A stretch of DNA of 32,000 bases from Methanopyrus kandleri AV19 (GTDB taxonomy: Archaea; JAADCQ01; Methanopyri; Methanopyrales; Methanopyraceae): the NCBI RefSeq assembly GCF_000007185.1, contig NC_003551.1:240001-272000 (forward strand), in the 5' to 3' direction. Below the pieces are notes generated by a model. It searched no databases and was not told the DNA's origin. It worked only from the letters and a program-made list of their open reading frames with translations. Every line of letters begins with the position of its first letter. The first letter of the stretch is position 1. Of the stretch, positions 8,342 through 17,390 are shown piece by piece. A program made the translations under genes and the position numbers.

Positions 8342-9646
8342 TCACACCATCTCCTCGACCTTTTCTATGACCATTTCGAGGAATTCTACGTCGTTGAGCA
8401 TGCTTTCGGGTGGTTCGACGACCTTGCGCATCCTGATGGGTACTGAGTCCATTCGGTAGGCGGTGCCTTCCCATTCGATGCCGGCGATGGTTACGGGCAC
8501 GTACAGGTCGGCGAGTTCGGCGGTCGGCGTCCAGTGCGGGTCCACGCACACGAGCGGGATCCTAGCCATGTGCTCCACAGCCTTCCGCGGGAAGTGCGCA
8601 CCCGGATCACTGGCGATTACGAAGGCGGCGTCCACTTCTCCCCTGATCAGTACGTCCACCGCGGAGAACTCGCCTGGGTTGTACCGCGGGTACCCACGGC
8701 TGAAGTCCACGGCGAACGGGTAGCCCGTAGTCCACGTGAGCACCTCGTTGAAGCCGGTCACGTTGTAGTGACCTCGCATCATGATCAGAGTCCACTTCGC
8801 GTACTCGTTCAGATCTCGGATCAAGCAGATCGCGTTGTCGATGTTCCGATGACGACCCCGGGACATCGTGATGCCCATGCCCCAGAACAGTGTGCCGAAG
8901 CTGGCCTCCTTGATCAGGTCAGCGACCTCGTGCACGGCTTCCACCGGAATTCCCGCCACCTCCTCGCGCTCGATCTCGATCCCGTGAACAGCCGCCCGGA
9001 GCGCGCTGATCAGCTCATAGTCCTCGTTGGGTCTAACCTGCAGGTGGACGTCCGCTAGCTCGGCCGTAGCGGTCCTCCGCGGGTCCACGACGATGATAGT
9101 ACGATCCTCACGACCCTTCGGTCGGAAGAAGCCGCGGGTGAAGGCGGTGTAACGGCTCATGTGCCGCGGGTGGGCGTGCATAGGGTTGCAACCCCAGTAG
9201 ATGATGACGTCCGCTCGATTCTTCACTTCACCCAATGTACAGCTAGGAACACCGGCGTCTTGCAATCCAAGTGTTGACGGTCCATGACACACTGAAGCGG
9301 TATTATCTATCACAGCTCCAACTTTTTCTGCAATCTCTATCCCAACTTCATGTGCTTCACATAGCGTTGAAGACCAGCCATACATCAGAGGCCATTTCGC
9401 CTCAACAAGTATTCTTGCCGTCTCTTCTGCGGCGTCTTCGTAGTCGATTTTCTTCCATTCTCCGTTCTCTTTGATCATCGGCTCGGTGTGACGATGATCC
9501 TCCTGCGCCGTCAAGAACTTCGCAGCACCGATCCTACAAGCATGCCGTACTTCCACGATCTCACCGTCCTCCACGACCACCTCTAGATCATCACACAGCG
9601 TACCACAGAACGGACAGACCACATCCTTGATCACTTTACGACCCAA
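8342..9646 (-). CDS. fwdB: Formylmethanofuran dehydrogenase subunit B, cysteine-type (fwcB-like)
   Basis: 434 aa. N-terminal CPFCGTLCDD cluster motif. Active site NTASVCHGPS with Cys120 (TGT, 9287..9289) at the position held by Sec in Sec-type FwdB/FdhH. No other fwd subunits are adjacent. Confidence 0.9.
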   Translation of the reverse strand: MGRKVIKDVVCPFCGTLCDDLEVVVEDGEIVEVRHACRIGAAKFLTAQEDHRHTEPMIKENGEWKKIDYEDAAEETARILVEAKWPLMYGWSSTLCEAHEVGIEIAEKVGAVIDNTASVCHGPSTLGLQDAGVPSCTLGEVKNRADVIIYWGCNPMHAHPRHMSRYTAFTRGFFRPKGREDRTIIVVDPRRTATAELADVHLQVRPNEDYELISALRAAVHGIEIEREEVAGIPVEAVHEVADLIKEASFGTLFWGMGITMSRGRHRNIDNAICLIRDLNEYAKWTLIMMRGHYNVTGFNEVLTWTTGYPFAVDFSRGYPRYNPGEFSAVDVLIRGEVDAAFVIASDPGAHFPRKAVEHMARIPLVCVDPHWTPTAELADLYVPVTIAGIEWEGTAYRMDSVPIRMRKVVEPPESMLNDVEFLEMVIEKVEEMV

Positions 9647-9688
9647 TATGACCCCCGTAAACGCCGTGATCGTCTCAGCTTTTGAAAG

Positions 9689-9697
9689 TTATTAATC
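9689..9697 (-). promoter_or_regulatory. TATA-like box (ATTAATAAC on the minus strand) upstream of fwdB
   Basis: AT-rich element about 45 nt upstream of the TTG start, with a GGGGGT ribosome-binding site between. Implies fwdB has its own promoter. Confidence 0.35.
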
Positions 9698-9748
9698 CCG
9701 GAGTTCAATGGTTATTCGTGTTCATAAAGGGCGCAACAAGCCCAATAT

Positions 9749-10504
9749 TCATTTTTCTAATACCCATAAAGCAGCCCCAAATGCTCCGGCTACGTGGGCT
9801 TCATTAGGTACGTTTATCCCCATCTCCAGCCTGTCTGAGAGGAGCTCGGCGAAGACCCGACAGCGTGCCATGCCGCCGACCAGCACCACCTCGGGCTCCG
9901 GCGACACCTTGTCGATCATGGTGGCGACGCGCTCGGCCACGGAGTCGAGGACGCCCAGCAGGATCCTTTCGACGTCGATCCCGCGGTTCACCAGCGAGAT
10001 CACCTCCGTCTCCGCGAAGACCGCGCACATCGAGTTGATCTTCACGGGATCGTCCGCGCCGCTCGCGTGCTCGTCGACCTCCGACATCTCGATCCCGAGC
10101 CGCCGGCACACGTTCTCGACGAACCTCCCGGTACCGGCCGCACACTTGTCGTTCACCTGGAAGTCCACGACCTTGCCGTCCTCCACTTTCATCACCTTGG
10201 TATCCTGACCGCCCACGTCTATCACCGTCCTGGCACCTTCGACCAGCTGGGAGGCACCTAGGGCGACCGCAGGAAGCTCGGGCACGGTCTCATCGAACTC
10301 GTCGCTCAGAGCCTCCCTACCGTATCCCGTGACGGCCGTGACGTCGAACTCGTCGATGCCCGCGCCTAGCTCATCTAGGGCACGCCGTAGCACTTTCTTC
10401 ACGGGACCTGTCGACTCCACCACGGTATGGTCCTCGAGCGAGCCGTCCTCCACGATCGCACACTTCAGGTGGGAAGATCCCGCGTCCACGCCGAGGACCC
10501 GCAC
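9749..10504 (-). CDS. BadF/BadG/BcrA/BcrD-type ATPase (activase of 2-hydroxyacyl-CoA dehydratase-like enzymes, HgdC-like)
   Basis: 251 aa. MRVLGVDAGSSHLK is an ASKHA phosphate-1 motif; also VIDVGGQDTKV, KCAAGTGRF (cluster Cys) and VVLVGGMAR. Confidence 0.85.
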   Translation of the reverse strand: MRVLGVDAGSSHLKCAIVEDGSLEDHTVVESTGPVKKVLRRALDELGAGIDEFDVTAVTGYGREALSDEFDETVPELPAVALGASQLVEGARTVIDVGGQDTKVMKVEDGKVVDFQVNDKCAAGTGRFVENVCRRLGIEMSEVDEHASGADDPVKINSMCAVFAETEVISLVNRGIDVERILLGVLDSVAERVATMIDKVSPEPEVVLVGGMARCRVFAELLSDRLEMGINVPNEAHVAGAFGAALWVLEK

Positions 10505-10645
10505 GGTTTGTCCCCGGTTGATTTCTCCACGTACATCGCCTTGACGTCGTTGGGTGATTCATTCGATAGCTATTACCGAATTTCATACCATCACAGGACT
10601 CTTCATCAAGTACTCTAATGTCGTTTTGATACCGGAAAGAGCACT

Positions 10646-10654
10646 GATTATAAC
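10646..10654 (+). promoter_or_regulatory. TATA-like box (GATTATAAC) upstream of the yeeE-like operon
   Basis: About 45 nt upstream of ATG 10695, with GGGGGAG at 10681..10687 as ribosome-binding site. Confidence 0.35.
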
Positions 10655-10694
10655 GGGATGCGATACCGGCTGGCCGCACCGGGGGAGACGAAGC

Positions 10695-11156
10695 ATGGCC
10701 AGAGTATCACCGCTGGTTACGGGACTGGTAGCCGGCGTCTCCGCCGCGATACTGCAGGCGGTCTTCAAGGTCAGCCCACCACCGGCGTACGGGATCTGTA
10801 TAGCGTGCCACACCAGGGACCTGGTGAACTGGATAGTGAACCATGCCGCGGGAACCACGCTCGGGATGGCGCCGGTCTCCAAACCCTTCCCGGTGCTGAC
10901 CGTCGTGGGTATTTTCATCGGGGCACTGATCGCGGCGTTCGCCCACGGCGAGTTCAGGATTCGGAGGACCCACCATCCGATTCTAGGGTTCGTGCTCGGT
11001 TTCCTGGTCATCAACTTCGCACTCTTCATGGGTGGCTGTCCGATCCGAACGAGCCTGAGGACGATGTACGGGGACGTCGTAGCGCTCCTCGGACTGATCT
11101 CCATAGCCGTCGGCGTGATACTGGGCGCCGAGTTCTACCTCAAGAGAAAGGCGTGA
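10695..11156 (+). CDS. YeeE/YedE-family membrane protein, half-size (repeat 1 of a split transporter)
   Basis: 153 aa from the internal ATG of ORF 10554..11156. About 4 TM helices. Motifs ICIACHTRD and GGCPIR match the second half. Confidence 0.75.
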   Translation: MARVSPLVTGLVAGVSAAILQAVFKVSPPPAYGICIACHTRDLVNWIVNHAAGTTLGMAPVSKPFPVLTVVGIFIGALIAAFAHGEFRIRRTHHPILGFVLGFLVINFALFMGGCPIRTSLRTMYGDVVALLGLISIAVGVILGAEFYLKRKA

Positions 11157-11170
11157 GGGGGGAACGGAGC

Positions 11171-11644
11171 GTGGCGGAGTACCTGCACGCCATCGGGACG
11201 CTCGCGTTCGGCGTGCTGATCGGCTACCTGGGCCAGCGGTCCGCGATGTGCTTCATAGGAGGAATCCGAGACGTGTACCTACTACGCGACACGTGGCTCG
11301 TGCAGGGCCTGATCGGGTTCCTCATCGGTGCCTTCTTCGGGCTGGTGGTGTTCGGAGCCGCGGGTATGATCAAGAAGTTCCCGTGGTTCCTGTACAAGGG
11401 AGCGTCCGCCATCCCGGGTGACGTCCTCGGCAAGAAGCCGGGGTTCGCCGCCCACGCGGCGGTGACGGTGATAGGCGGTCTCGGCGTGGGTTTCCTGTCG
11501 GTGGTTCAGGGTGGCTGTCCGTTCAGGAACTACGTGATGGCGGCCGAGGGCAACGTGACTGCGATGGCGTACCTGCTAGGGGTGTTCGTCGGTGCGGTGT
11601 TCTTCCACGCCTGCATCGTGCCGATCTTCGGGCCGCCGAAGTGA
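11171..11644 (+). CDS. YeeE/YedE-family membrane protein, half-size (repeat 2 of a split transporter)
   Basis: 157 aa from GTG 11171, preceded by GAGGGGGG. Only the 3' part of ORF 10658..11644 is credible. Motifs MCFIGGIRD and GGCPFR. Confidence 0.75.
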   Translation: MAEYLHAIGTLAFGVLIGYLGQRSAMCFIGGIRDVYLLRDTWLVQGLIGFLIGAFFGLVVFGAAGMIKKFPWFLYKGASAIPGDVLGKKPGFAAHAAVTVIGGLGVGFLSVVQGGCPFRNYVMAAEGNVTAMAYLLGVFVGAVFFHACIVPIFGPPK

Positions 11645-11648
11645 GGGG

Positions 11649-12227
11649 ATGGAAATGGGGCTCCTCTCCCGCCTCCGCTCCGCGTTTTCCCGGGATGAGG
11701 GACCGTCAGACGAGCGCGAGGGTAAGGGCCTGATCGTCTTCGAAAGCGCCAGGGACGCGATGAAGGCGGAGAGGACCCTCAAGGAGGCCGGATACGACGT
11801 CCGGGCGGTGGCCCCACCGCCGGAGATCCGCGAGGGGTGCGACCTGGCGATCGAGTACGACCTCGTCGACGAGGTAGGCGTGCGCCGAACGCTCGAGGAG
11901 ATCGGTGTGGAACCGCTGAAGTTCGTATCACTCGAGGACCCTTCCCTCAAGCCCATCGAGCTGGTTCGCGTCAAGGAGGTCGACGGATACATCATGGTCC
12001 GATGCGGCAACATGAAGGTGACCGTGGATCGGGACGGGACGATAGTGAACGTGTCGGGTGGAGGGTGTCCCGACGTCCCTTACCTGGCGCATGAACTCGT
12101 GGGCAAGAACGTTCTCGAGCTGTCGGAGAACTCGATGCCGGCGAGCTTGGGATACACGCTCTGCGCGTACACCCTGGACAAAGCCGTGAGGAAGGCCAAG
12201 GAAGTACTCTTAGGGGAGGGAAGTTGA
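11649..12227 (+). CDS. DUF3343 (putative Se/S carrier-like) domain fused to an uncharacterised Cys-containing C-terminal domain
   Basis: 192 aa from ATG 11649. GLIVFESARDAMKAERTLKEAGYDVRAVAPPPEIREGCDLAIEYD fits the DUF3343 pattern. The C-terminal ~100 aa (VRCGNM..SGGGCPDVPY) is unassigned. Confidence 0.65.
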   Translation: MEMGLLSRLRSAFSRDEGPSDEREGKGLIVFESARDAMKAERTLKEAGYDVRAVAPPPEIREGCDLAIEYDLVDEVGVRRTLEEIGVEPLKFVSLEDPSLKPIELVRVKEVDGYIMVRCGNMKVTVDRDGTIVNVSGGGCPDVPYLAHELVGKNVLELSENSMPASLGYTLCAYTLDKAVRKAKEVLLGEGS

Positions 12228-13048
12228 TCATCGCGGGTACGGTTCCGATCGAAGGTCTCGGCCCCGTGGAGGGGAAGGTCGAGCCGCTGGACGATCGAAT
12301 ACGCGTCGCCGGTCGTGAGATACCCGTTTCCATGGGGACCGCCGCACTGGCCGCCGCGGCGGCCCGTGTTCTGGAGTTCCTGGGTGAGGATGAACCACGG
12401 CTTATCACCGCGGGGGATCTGGGAGAAGGGGACGGTAGTCTCGAGATCTACCGTCGCCTGAGGGAGGTCGACGATGACGTGCTCGTGATCCACTACATCA
12501 AGCCGAAGATAGACGAGATCCGACGCGTCGATACGTCAGGCAAGGTCATCGCGGACGCCGGAGGGATGTACGCCGCCAAGGCCGCGGGTATCGGACCCGA
12601 GTTTCACCTGTTCCTGCCGGACCCCGGAGAACTCGCGTTCCTCGCGGACGAGAAGGCCCATCATCCGGCCTACGTTCGAGGGTTCATCGCTGAAGTCGAC
12701 GAGGAGGAGGTTCCGAGCCTGGTGAGACGTGCCTACGAGGAGGACCAAGTCCCGGATTATATGGTGGTTAAGGGGAGGCGTGACCACGTCGTCCACCGGG
12801 GTGAAGTGGTGGAGACCGTCGATGAGCCCCTCGTCGAGGCCATGGAGTGCATCGGGGGTACGGGCGACACGCTCACGGGGATCGTCGCCGCACTCATCGC
12901 CGCGGGGTTCGGAACCGAGGAGGCGTGCGTGATCGGCTGTAGGGTGAACCGGAGGCTCGGTGAAATCGCGAACGCGACTCCGACAACTAGGATACACGAG
13001 CTCACCAGGGCGATACCGGAGGCCCTGTGCGAAGAACTGAGGGAGTGA
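12224..13048 (+). CDS. Ribokinase-fold protein resembling the YjeF_C / NAD(P)HX-dehydratase family (function unknown)
   Basis: 274 aa. C-terminal IGGTGDTLTGIVAALIAAG anion-hole motif. Block order (ADAGG.., LPDPGELAFL, VVKG) resembles Carb_kinase. The TTG start overlaps the upstream stop (TTGA). Confidence 0.55.
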   Translation: MIIAGTVPIEGLGPVEGKVEPLDDRIRVAGREIPVSMGTAALAAAAARVLEFLGEDEPRLITAGDLGEGDGSLEIYRRLREVDDDVLVIHYIKPKIDEIRRVDTSGKVIADAGGMYAAKAAGIGPEFHLFLPDPGELAFLADEKAHHPAYVRGFIAEVDEEEVPSLVRRAYEEDQVPDYMVVKGRRDHVVHRGEVVETVDEPLVEAMECIGGTGDTLTGIVAALIAAGFGTEEACVIGCRVNRRLGEIANATPTTRIHELTRAIPEALCEELRE

Positions 13049-13053
13049 GGAGG

Positions 13054-15024
13054 CTAAGCGGGGTCCCTGAAGGCCCCCTCGATCTGCTTGTACAACTGCT
13101 CGGTCTTGAAGTGGTTCTGCTCCATGGCACCGCTCGGGCACGCCGCCGCGCAGGTCCCGCATCCCTTGCACAAAGCGGCCGTGACTTCGGCCACGAGCTT
13201 CCCGTCCTTCTCGACGAGTTCTATGGCACCGTACGGACAGAGTTCCACGCAGGTACCACAACCGCCGCAGATCTCCTCGTCCACCTCCGATACTATGGGC
13301 TCTACGGCCACCTCACCGGCCGCCAATGCCGTGGCGGCGCGAGCCGCGGCGGCAGAACCCTGGGCGACCGAGGAGGGTATGTCCTTCGGACCTTGACACG
13401 CTCCGGCCAGGAAGATACCGTCGATCGCCGTGTCCACGGGCCGCAACTTCGGATGTGCTTCCATGAAGAAACCGTCCGGCGAACGTGAAATACTGAGGAC
13501 CTCCTGGATGACGTCGGCCGAGTCCCGCGGCACCATACCTACGGACAACACCACCAAGTCGTACTCCCTTTCGACCACGTCGCCGAGCAGCGTATCCTCG
13601 GCACGCACGATGAGGTTCTTGGTCTCCGGGTCCTCGACTATCTCCGCGGGCCGGCCGCGGATGAACCGGATGCCGTACTGCTTCTGCGAGCGTTCGTAGT
13701 ACTCCTCGTAACCCTTACCGAACGCCCGCACGTCCATGTAGTAGATATCGATCTGTGTCTCCGGGTACTTCTCCCGGATCAGCTGCGCCAACTTCATCGC
13801 GTACATGCAGCAAACGTTGGAGCAGTACGGATTGGTCCTGTGCGGGTCACGTGAGCCAACGCACTGGATGAATGCAATACGTTTCGGTTTCTTTCCATCA
13901 CTGGGCCTCACCACCTTGCCACCGGTGGGTCCCGAGGCGTTGATGAGCCTCTCCAGCTCTATCGACGTGATCACGTTGTCGTAGACGCCGTACCCGTACT
14001 CCTCGCGCTCGGTCGGGTCGCACGTGTCGTATCCGATGGCGCAGATGATAGCACCGACCTCTTCCTCGACGATCTCGGGCTCCTGATCGAAGTCTATCGC
14101 GTCGGCGTCGCATACCTCTTCGCAGAGACCGCATCGGATGCAGTGCTCCTCGTCGATCGTGAACACCGACGGGACCGCCTGCGGGAACGGCTTGTAGATG
14201 GCCTTCCTCATCCCCAGGCCCTCGTCGAACTCGTTGGGCACCTCGATCGGGCAGACCTCCGCGCACGCGCCGCAGCCCGTGCACGCGTCCTCGTCCACGT
14301 ACCGCGGCTTCTTCTCGATCTTCACCGTGAAGTTGCCCACGTACCCGTCCACCTCGACGACCTCGGCGTAGGTGTACATCTTGATGTTGGGATGCTTGGA
14401 CACGTCCACCATCTTCGGTGCCAAGATGCAGATGGAGCAGTCGTTCGTGGGGAACGTCTTGTCCAGCTGGGCCATCCTGCCCCCGATGGACGGCTCCTTC
14501 TCGACCAGGATGACCTCGAAGCCCATGTCCGCGAGGTCCAGGGCCGCCTGAATCCCGGAGACTCCGCCCCCGATGACCAGGGCGCGGTCGGTCACGTCCA
14601 CCTTGATGGTCTCGAGGGACTCGAGCAGCCGGGCCTTGGCCACCGCCATGCGGACGAGGTCCTTAGCTTTCTCCGTGGCCCTGGCCGGATCGTCCATGTG
14701 AACCCATGAGCAGTGCTCCCTGATGTTCGCCATCTCGAAGCAGTAGGGGTTCAACCCGGCCTCCTCGACGCACCGTCGGAACGTGGGCTCATGTAGCCTG
14801 GGCGAACAGGCCGCCACGACGACACGGTTCAGATCGTACTTCTCGATGTCGCGTTGAATGATCTCTTGACCCGGGTCGGAGCACACGTACTTGTAATCGC
14901 GCGCCACGACCACGTTCTTCAGCGTCTTGGCGAACTCGGCCACTTCCTTGACGTCGACGACGCCGGCGATGTTCACGCCGCAGTGGCACACGTAGACGCC
15001 GATGCGCGGCTCTTCCTCCGCCAA
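13054..15024 (-). CDS. hdrA: Heterodisulfide reductase subunit A, cysteine-type isoform (full length)
   Basis: 656 aa. [22 protein letters not shown], four ferredoxin CxxCxxCxxxCP motifs. Cys199 (TGC, 14428..14430) aligns with the TGA of the left-edge paralog. Confidence 0.95.
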   Translation of the reverse strand: MAEEEPRIGVYVCHCGVNIAGVVDVKEVAEFAKTLKNVVVARDYKYVCSDPGQEIIQRDIEKYDLNRVVVAACSPRLHEPTFRRCVEEAGLNPYCFEMANIREHCSWVHMDDPARATEKAKDLVRMAVAKARLLESLETIKVDVTDRALVIGGGVSGIQAALDLADMGFEVILVEKEPSIGGRMAQLDKTFPTNDCSICILAPKMVDVSKHPNIKMYTYAEVVEVDGYVGNFTVKIEKKPRYVDEDACTGCGACAEVCPIEVPNEFDEGLGMRKAIYKPFPQAVPSVFTIDEEHCIRCGLCEEVCDADAIDFDQEPEIVEEEVGAIICAIGYDTCDPTEREEYGYGVYDNVITSIELERLINASGPTGGKVVRPSDGKKPKRIAFIQCVGSRDPHRTNPYCSNVCCMYAMKLAQLIREKYPETQIDIYYMDVRAFGKGYEEYYERSQKQYGIRFIRGRPAEIVEDPETKNLIVRAEDTLLGDVVEREYDLVVLSVGMVPRDSADVIQEVLSISRSPDGFFMEAHPKLRPVDTAIDGIFLAGACQGPKDIPSSVAQGSAAAARAATALAAGEVAVEPIVSEVDEEICGGCGTCVELCPYGAIELVEKDGKLVAEVTAALCKGCGTCAAACPSGAMEQNHFKTEQLYKQIEGAFRDPA

Positions 15025-15030
15025 CCACCA

Positions 15031-16479
15031 TCACCCCTCCACAATCCGAACTAGCCTACCGGCGCGGTGAACCTCGAGCGTGAGCCTGGGACGCTCGCCG
15101 AGTACGTGGGTCGCACAAGACAGGCAGGGGTCGTAAGCCCGGATCACCATCTCCATCCGGTTGAGGACCTCGGGGGAGGCGTCCTCGGGACTCCTCAGGT
15201 ACTCCTCAGCGACCTTCTTGACGCCGAGGTCCATGGCGGGGTTGTTCTGGACCGTGGCGACGATCAGGTTGACCTCGGTGATGAGCCCTTCCTCGTCCGT
15301 CTTGAAGTGGTGGATCAGCGTCCCACGCGGTGCCTCCACGCAGCCGATACCCTCGCCCGTGACGTCGTCCGGATCCACCTCCTCTCGGACATCGTCACCC
15401 GTGATCTCGTCGTCCTCTAGCAGCTCGACGCAGCGTTCGGCCGACGACAGCAGCTCGATCGTCCTCGCGTAATGATACAGCATCGGGTGGTGGCACGGTT
15501 TCCCGTACTCGTCGACGAGCTCCTCGTAACGCCCCTGAGCCCTGGGCGTGGCCATCCTGTCGCACACGTTGAGACGGGAGAGCGTGTTGACCCGGTAGAG
15601 TCCCTCCTCCTCGCCCTTGTCGCGCAGGTACGGGAACTTGAGGTAGGAGTACGGTCGCACGGCCTCGGCGATGTGATCGAGGTACTCCGACGGCTCGAAC
15701 TCCCTATCGACGTTGCCCTCAGGATCCACGACGCGGATCACACCGTCGTACAACTCGTGCACGCCGTCGCTGACCATCCCCATATGGTAAGACTCCAGAT
15801 ATCCGAGCTCGAGCAGTCCCTCCTCCTCGAGGCGCCGGGTTAGCTCCTCGGCCAAGTCGACGGTGCGCTCCGCCAGCTCGACCGCGCTCCTAGCGAGTTC
15901 GAGGAGCTCCTCCCGTCGGTCCTCCTCCAAGGGCTTAGATACGCCGCCCGGAACGGCGGTGACGGGGTGTATGGGCTTGCCACCGACCGCCTCCACTATC
16001 GTCTGTCCTATCTTCCTCAGCTCGATGGCACACTTCACGACCTCGGGGTTCTCCCTAGCCAGTGCGAGGACATGGCGCTTCATAGGATCCTCCTCTTCGG
16101 GTTTGACCAGGTCCGGTGCCGCGAGGAAGTAGAAGTGGAGCGCGTGACTGTGCACCGTCGCGGCGTGATGCATCAGCTCCCGCAGCTTCCGAGCCGGCTC
16201 CGGAGGCTCCACGCCGAAGACCTCGTCGGCGGCCTTGGCGCTGGCGAGGTGATGGGCCACCTGACATATCCCACAGATCCTCGGCGTCAGTATCGGGGCG
16301 TCCTCGATCGGTCTTCCTTCGAGGAACTTCTCGAAACCGCGGACTTCGACCACGTGGAATCTGGCGTCCTTCAGGTTCCCGTCCTCGTCGAACTCGACCA
16401 CGATCTTACCGTGACCCTCCACCCTGGTGACCGGCTCGACGTTCACTACCATCTCCGACAACGTACCGACCCCCCTCAC
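15031..16479 (-). CDS. mvhA: F420-non-reducing [NiFe] hydrogenase large subunit (Mvh/Vhc type, Cys form)
   Basis: 482 aa. N-terminal RICGICQVAHH and C-terminal DPCLSCATH Ni-binding motifs (first Cys TGC at 15124..15126). Not split into a VhuU-like peptide. Confidence 0.95.
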   Translation of the reverse strand: MRGVGTLSEMVVNVEPVTRVEGHGKIVVEFDEDGNLKDARFHVVEVRGFEKFLEGRPIEDAPILTPRICGICQVAHHLASAKAADEVFGVEPPEPARKLRELMHHAATVHSHALHFYFLAAPDLVKPEEEDPMKRHVLALARENPEVVKCAIELRKIGQTIVEAVGGKPIHPVTAVPGGVSKPLEEDRREELLELARSAVELAERTVDLAEELTRRLEEEGLLELGYLESYHMGMVSDGVHELYDGVIRVVDPEGNVDREFEPSEYLDHIAEAVRPYSYLKFPYLRDKGEEEGLYRVNTLSRLNVCDRMATPRAQGRYEELVDEYGKPCHHPMLYHYARTIELLSSAERCVELLEDDEITGDDVREEVDPDDVTGEGIGCVEAPRGTLIHHFKTDEEGLITEVNLIVATVQNNPAMDLGVKKVAEEYLRSPEDASPEVLNRMEMVIRAYDPCLSCATHVLGERPRLTLEVHRAGRLVRIVEG

Positions 16480-17390
16480 TCCCTATCCACCCTGAACGGC
16501 ATCAGCGAGCCGGCGAGCGTGAACCGGTAGAACCAGCCTACCACGTCAGGGACGGACTCCACGAGCTCGGAAGGGTCGACGTCGTCCACATCGGCCCGGA
16601 AGATCGAGGCGATCGCGGACATCATCTCCGCACCTTGGTCGGGGATTTCTCCGGCCGGTCCCGCACAACCCGCACACGGTACCCCGGCTTCGGGACAGCG
16701 TGCCCCGCACCCCGCCCGTGTAGCGGGTCCCATGCACGGGTAACCCTGCTCCAGCAAGCACCGGTCCGGATCGGGCTCACCCTCGACCGGGCGGCGGATC
16801 TCGTGGATCACGGTCTCTTCCTTCTTCCGAGGACACTCCTCGCAGAGGTTCGTCGTCGAGAGCTCGGGTTCGCGTCCGTCGAGGATCGCTGTGACCGCGT
16901 CCGCGATCAGGTCGGGCTCCGGGGGGCAGCCGGGTAACTCGTAATCGACGTCGATGACATCGGAGAGCGGGCGAACGCGCCACGTTAACTCTGGGACGTC
17001 TTCGGACGGTATCACACCGTCCTCGTTCTCCGTGCTGGCGGTTTCCACGTAGACGGTCCTCAGGAGCTCCTCGTTGGAGTACAGGTTGGCCAGTCCCGGG
17101 ACGCCGCCGTAGCAGGCGCAGGTACCCACCGCCACGACGATCTCCGCACGCTCCCTGAACTCCTCCGCTACCTCTACGTTCTCCTCGTTCCTGATACCAC
17201 CCTCGATCAGGACCACGTCCACATCCTCGGGGATCTCCTTGGTATCCATGAGCACGGGGCAGTGAACCAGCTCGGCGTCGCCCAGGAGGTCCAGAAGCCG
17301 CTCGTGGAGGTCCAACACCGAGACGTGGCAACCGGAGCAACAGCACAACCACGTCGTGGCGATCTTCACCAAACGCACCACCCCCTTCAC
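16476..17390 (-). CDS. mvhG: F420-non-reducing hydrogenase small subunit
   Basis: 304 aa. [27 protein letters not shown] and the C-terminal Cys cluster are typical of MvhG/VhuG. It has 4-nt overlaps with both neighbours. Confidence 0.9.
   Translation of the reverse strand: MKGVVRLVKIATTWLCCCSGCHVSVLDLHERLLDLLGDAELVHCPVLMDTKEIPEDVDVVLIEGGIRNEENVEVAEEFRERAEIVVAVGTCACYGGVPGLANLYSNEELLRTVYVETASTENEDGVIPSEDVPELTWRVRPLSDVIDVDYELPGCPPEPDLIADAVTAILDGREPELSTTNLCEECPRKKEETVIHEIRRPVEGEPDPDRCLLEQGYPCMGPATRAGCGARCPEAGVPCAGCAGPAGEIPDQGAEMMSAIASIFRADVDDVDPSELVESVPDVVGWFYRFTLAGSLMPFRVDRE

Noticed and set aside
10658-11170. 5' part of the 328-aa ORF 10658..11644
   Set aside because: It overlaps the first YeeE-half gene out of frame and translates to Arg/Gly/Pro-rich sequence. 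Only the part from GTG 11171 is hydrophobic and YeeE-like and has a ribosome-binding site.
12536-13261. 241-aa minus-strand ORF spanning the kinase-like gene and the hdrA 3' end
   Set aside because: It is antisense or off-frame to two supported genes, has Arg/Gly-rich composition and no motifs.
15067-17352. Multiple antisense and off-frame ORFs within mvhA/mvhG (e.g. 15967..16530, 16777..17352)
   Set aside because: These are GC-rich shadow ORFs inside genes carrying unambiguous [NiFe]-hydrogenase motifs.
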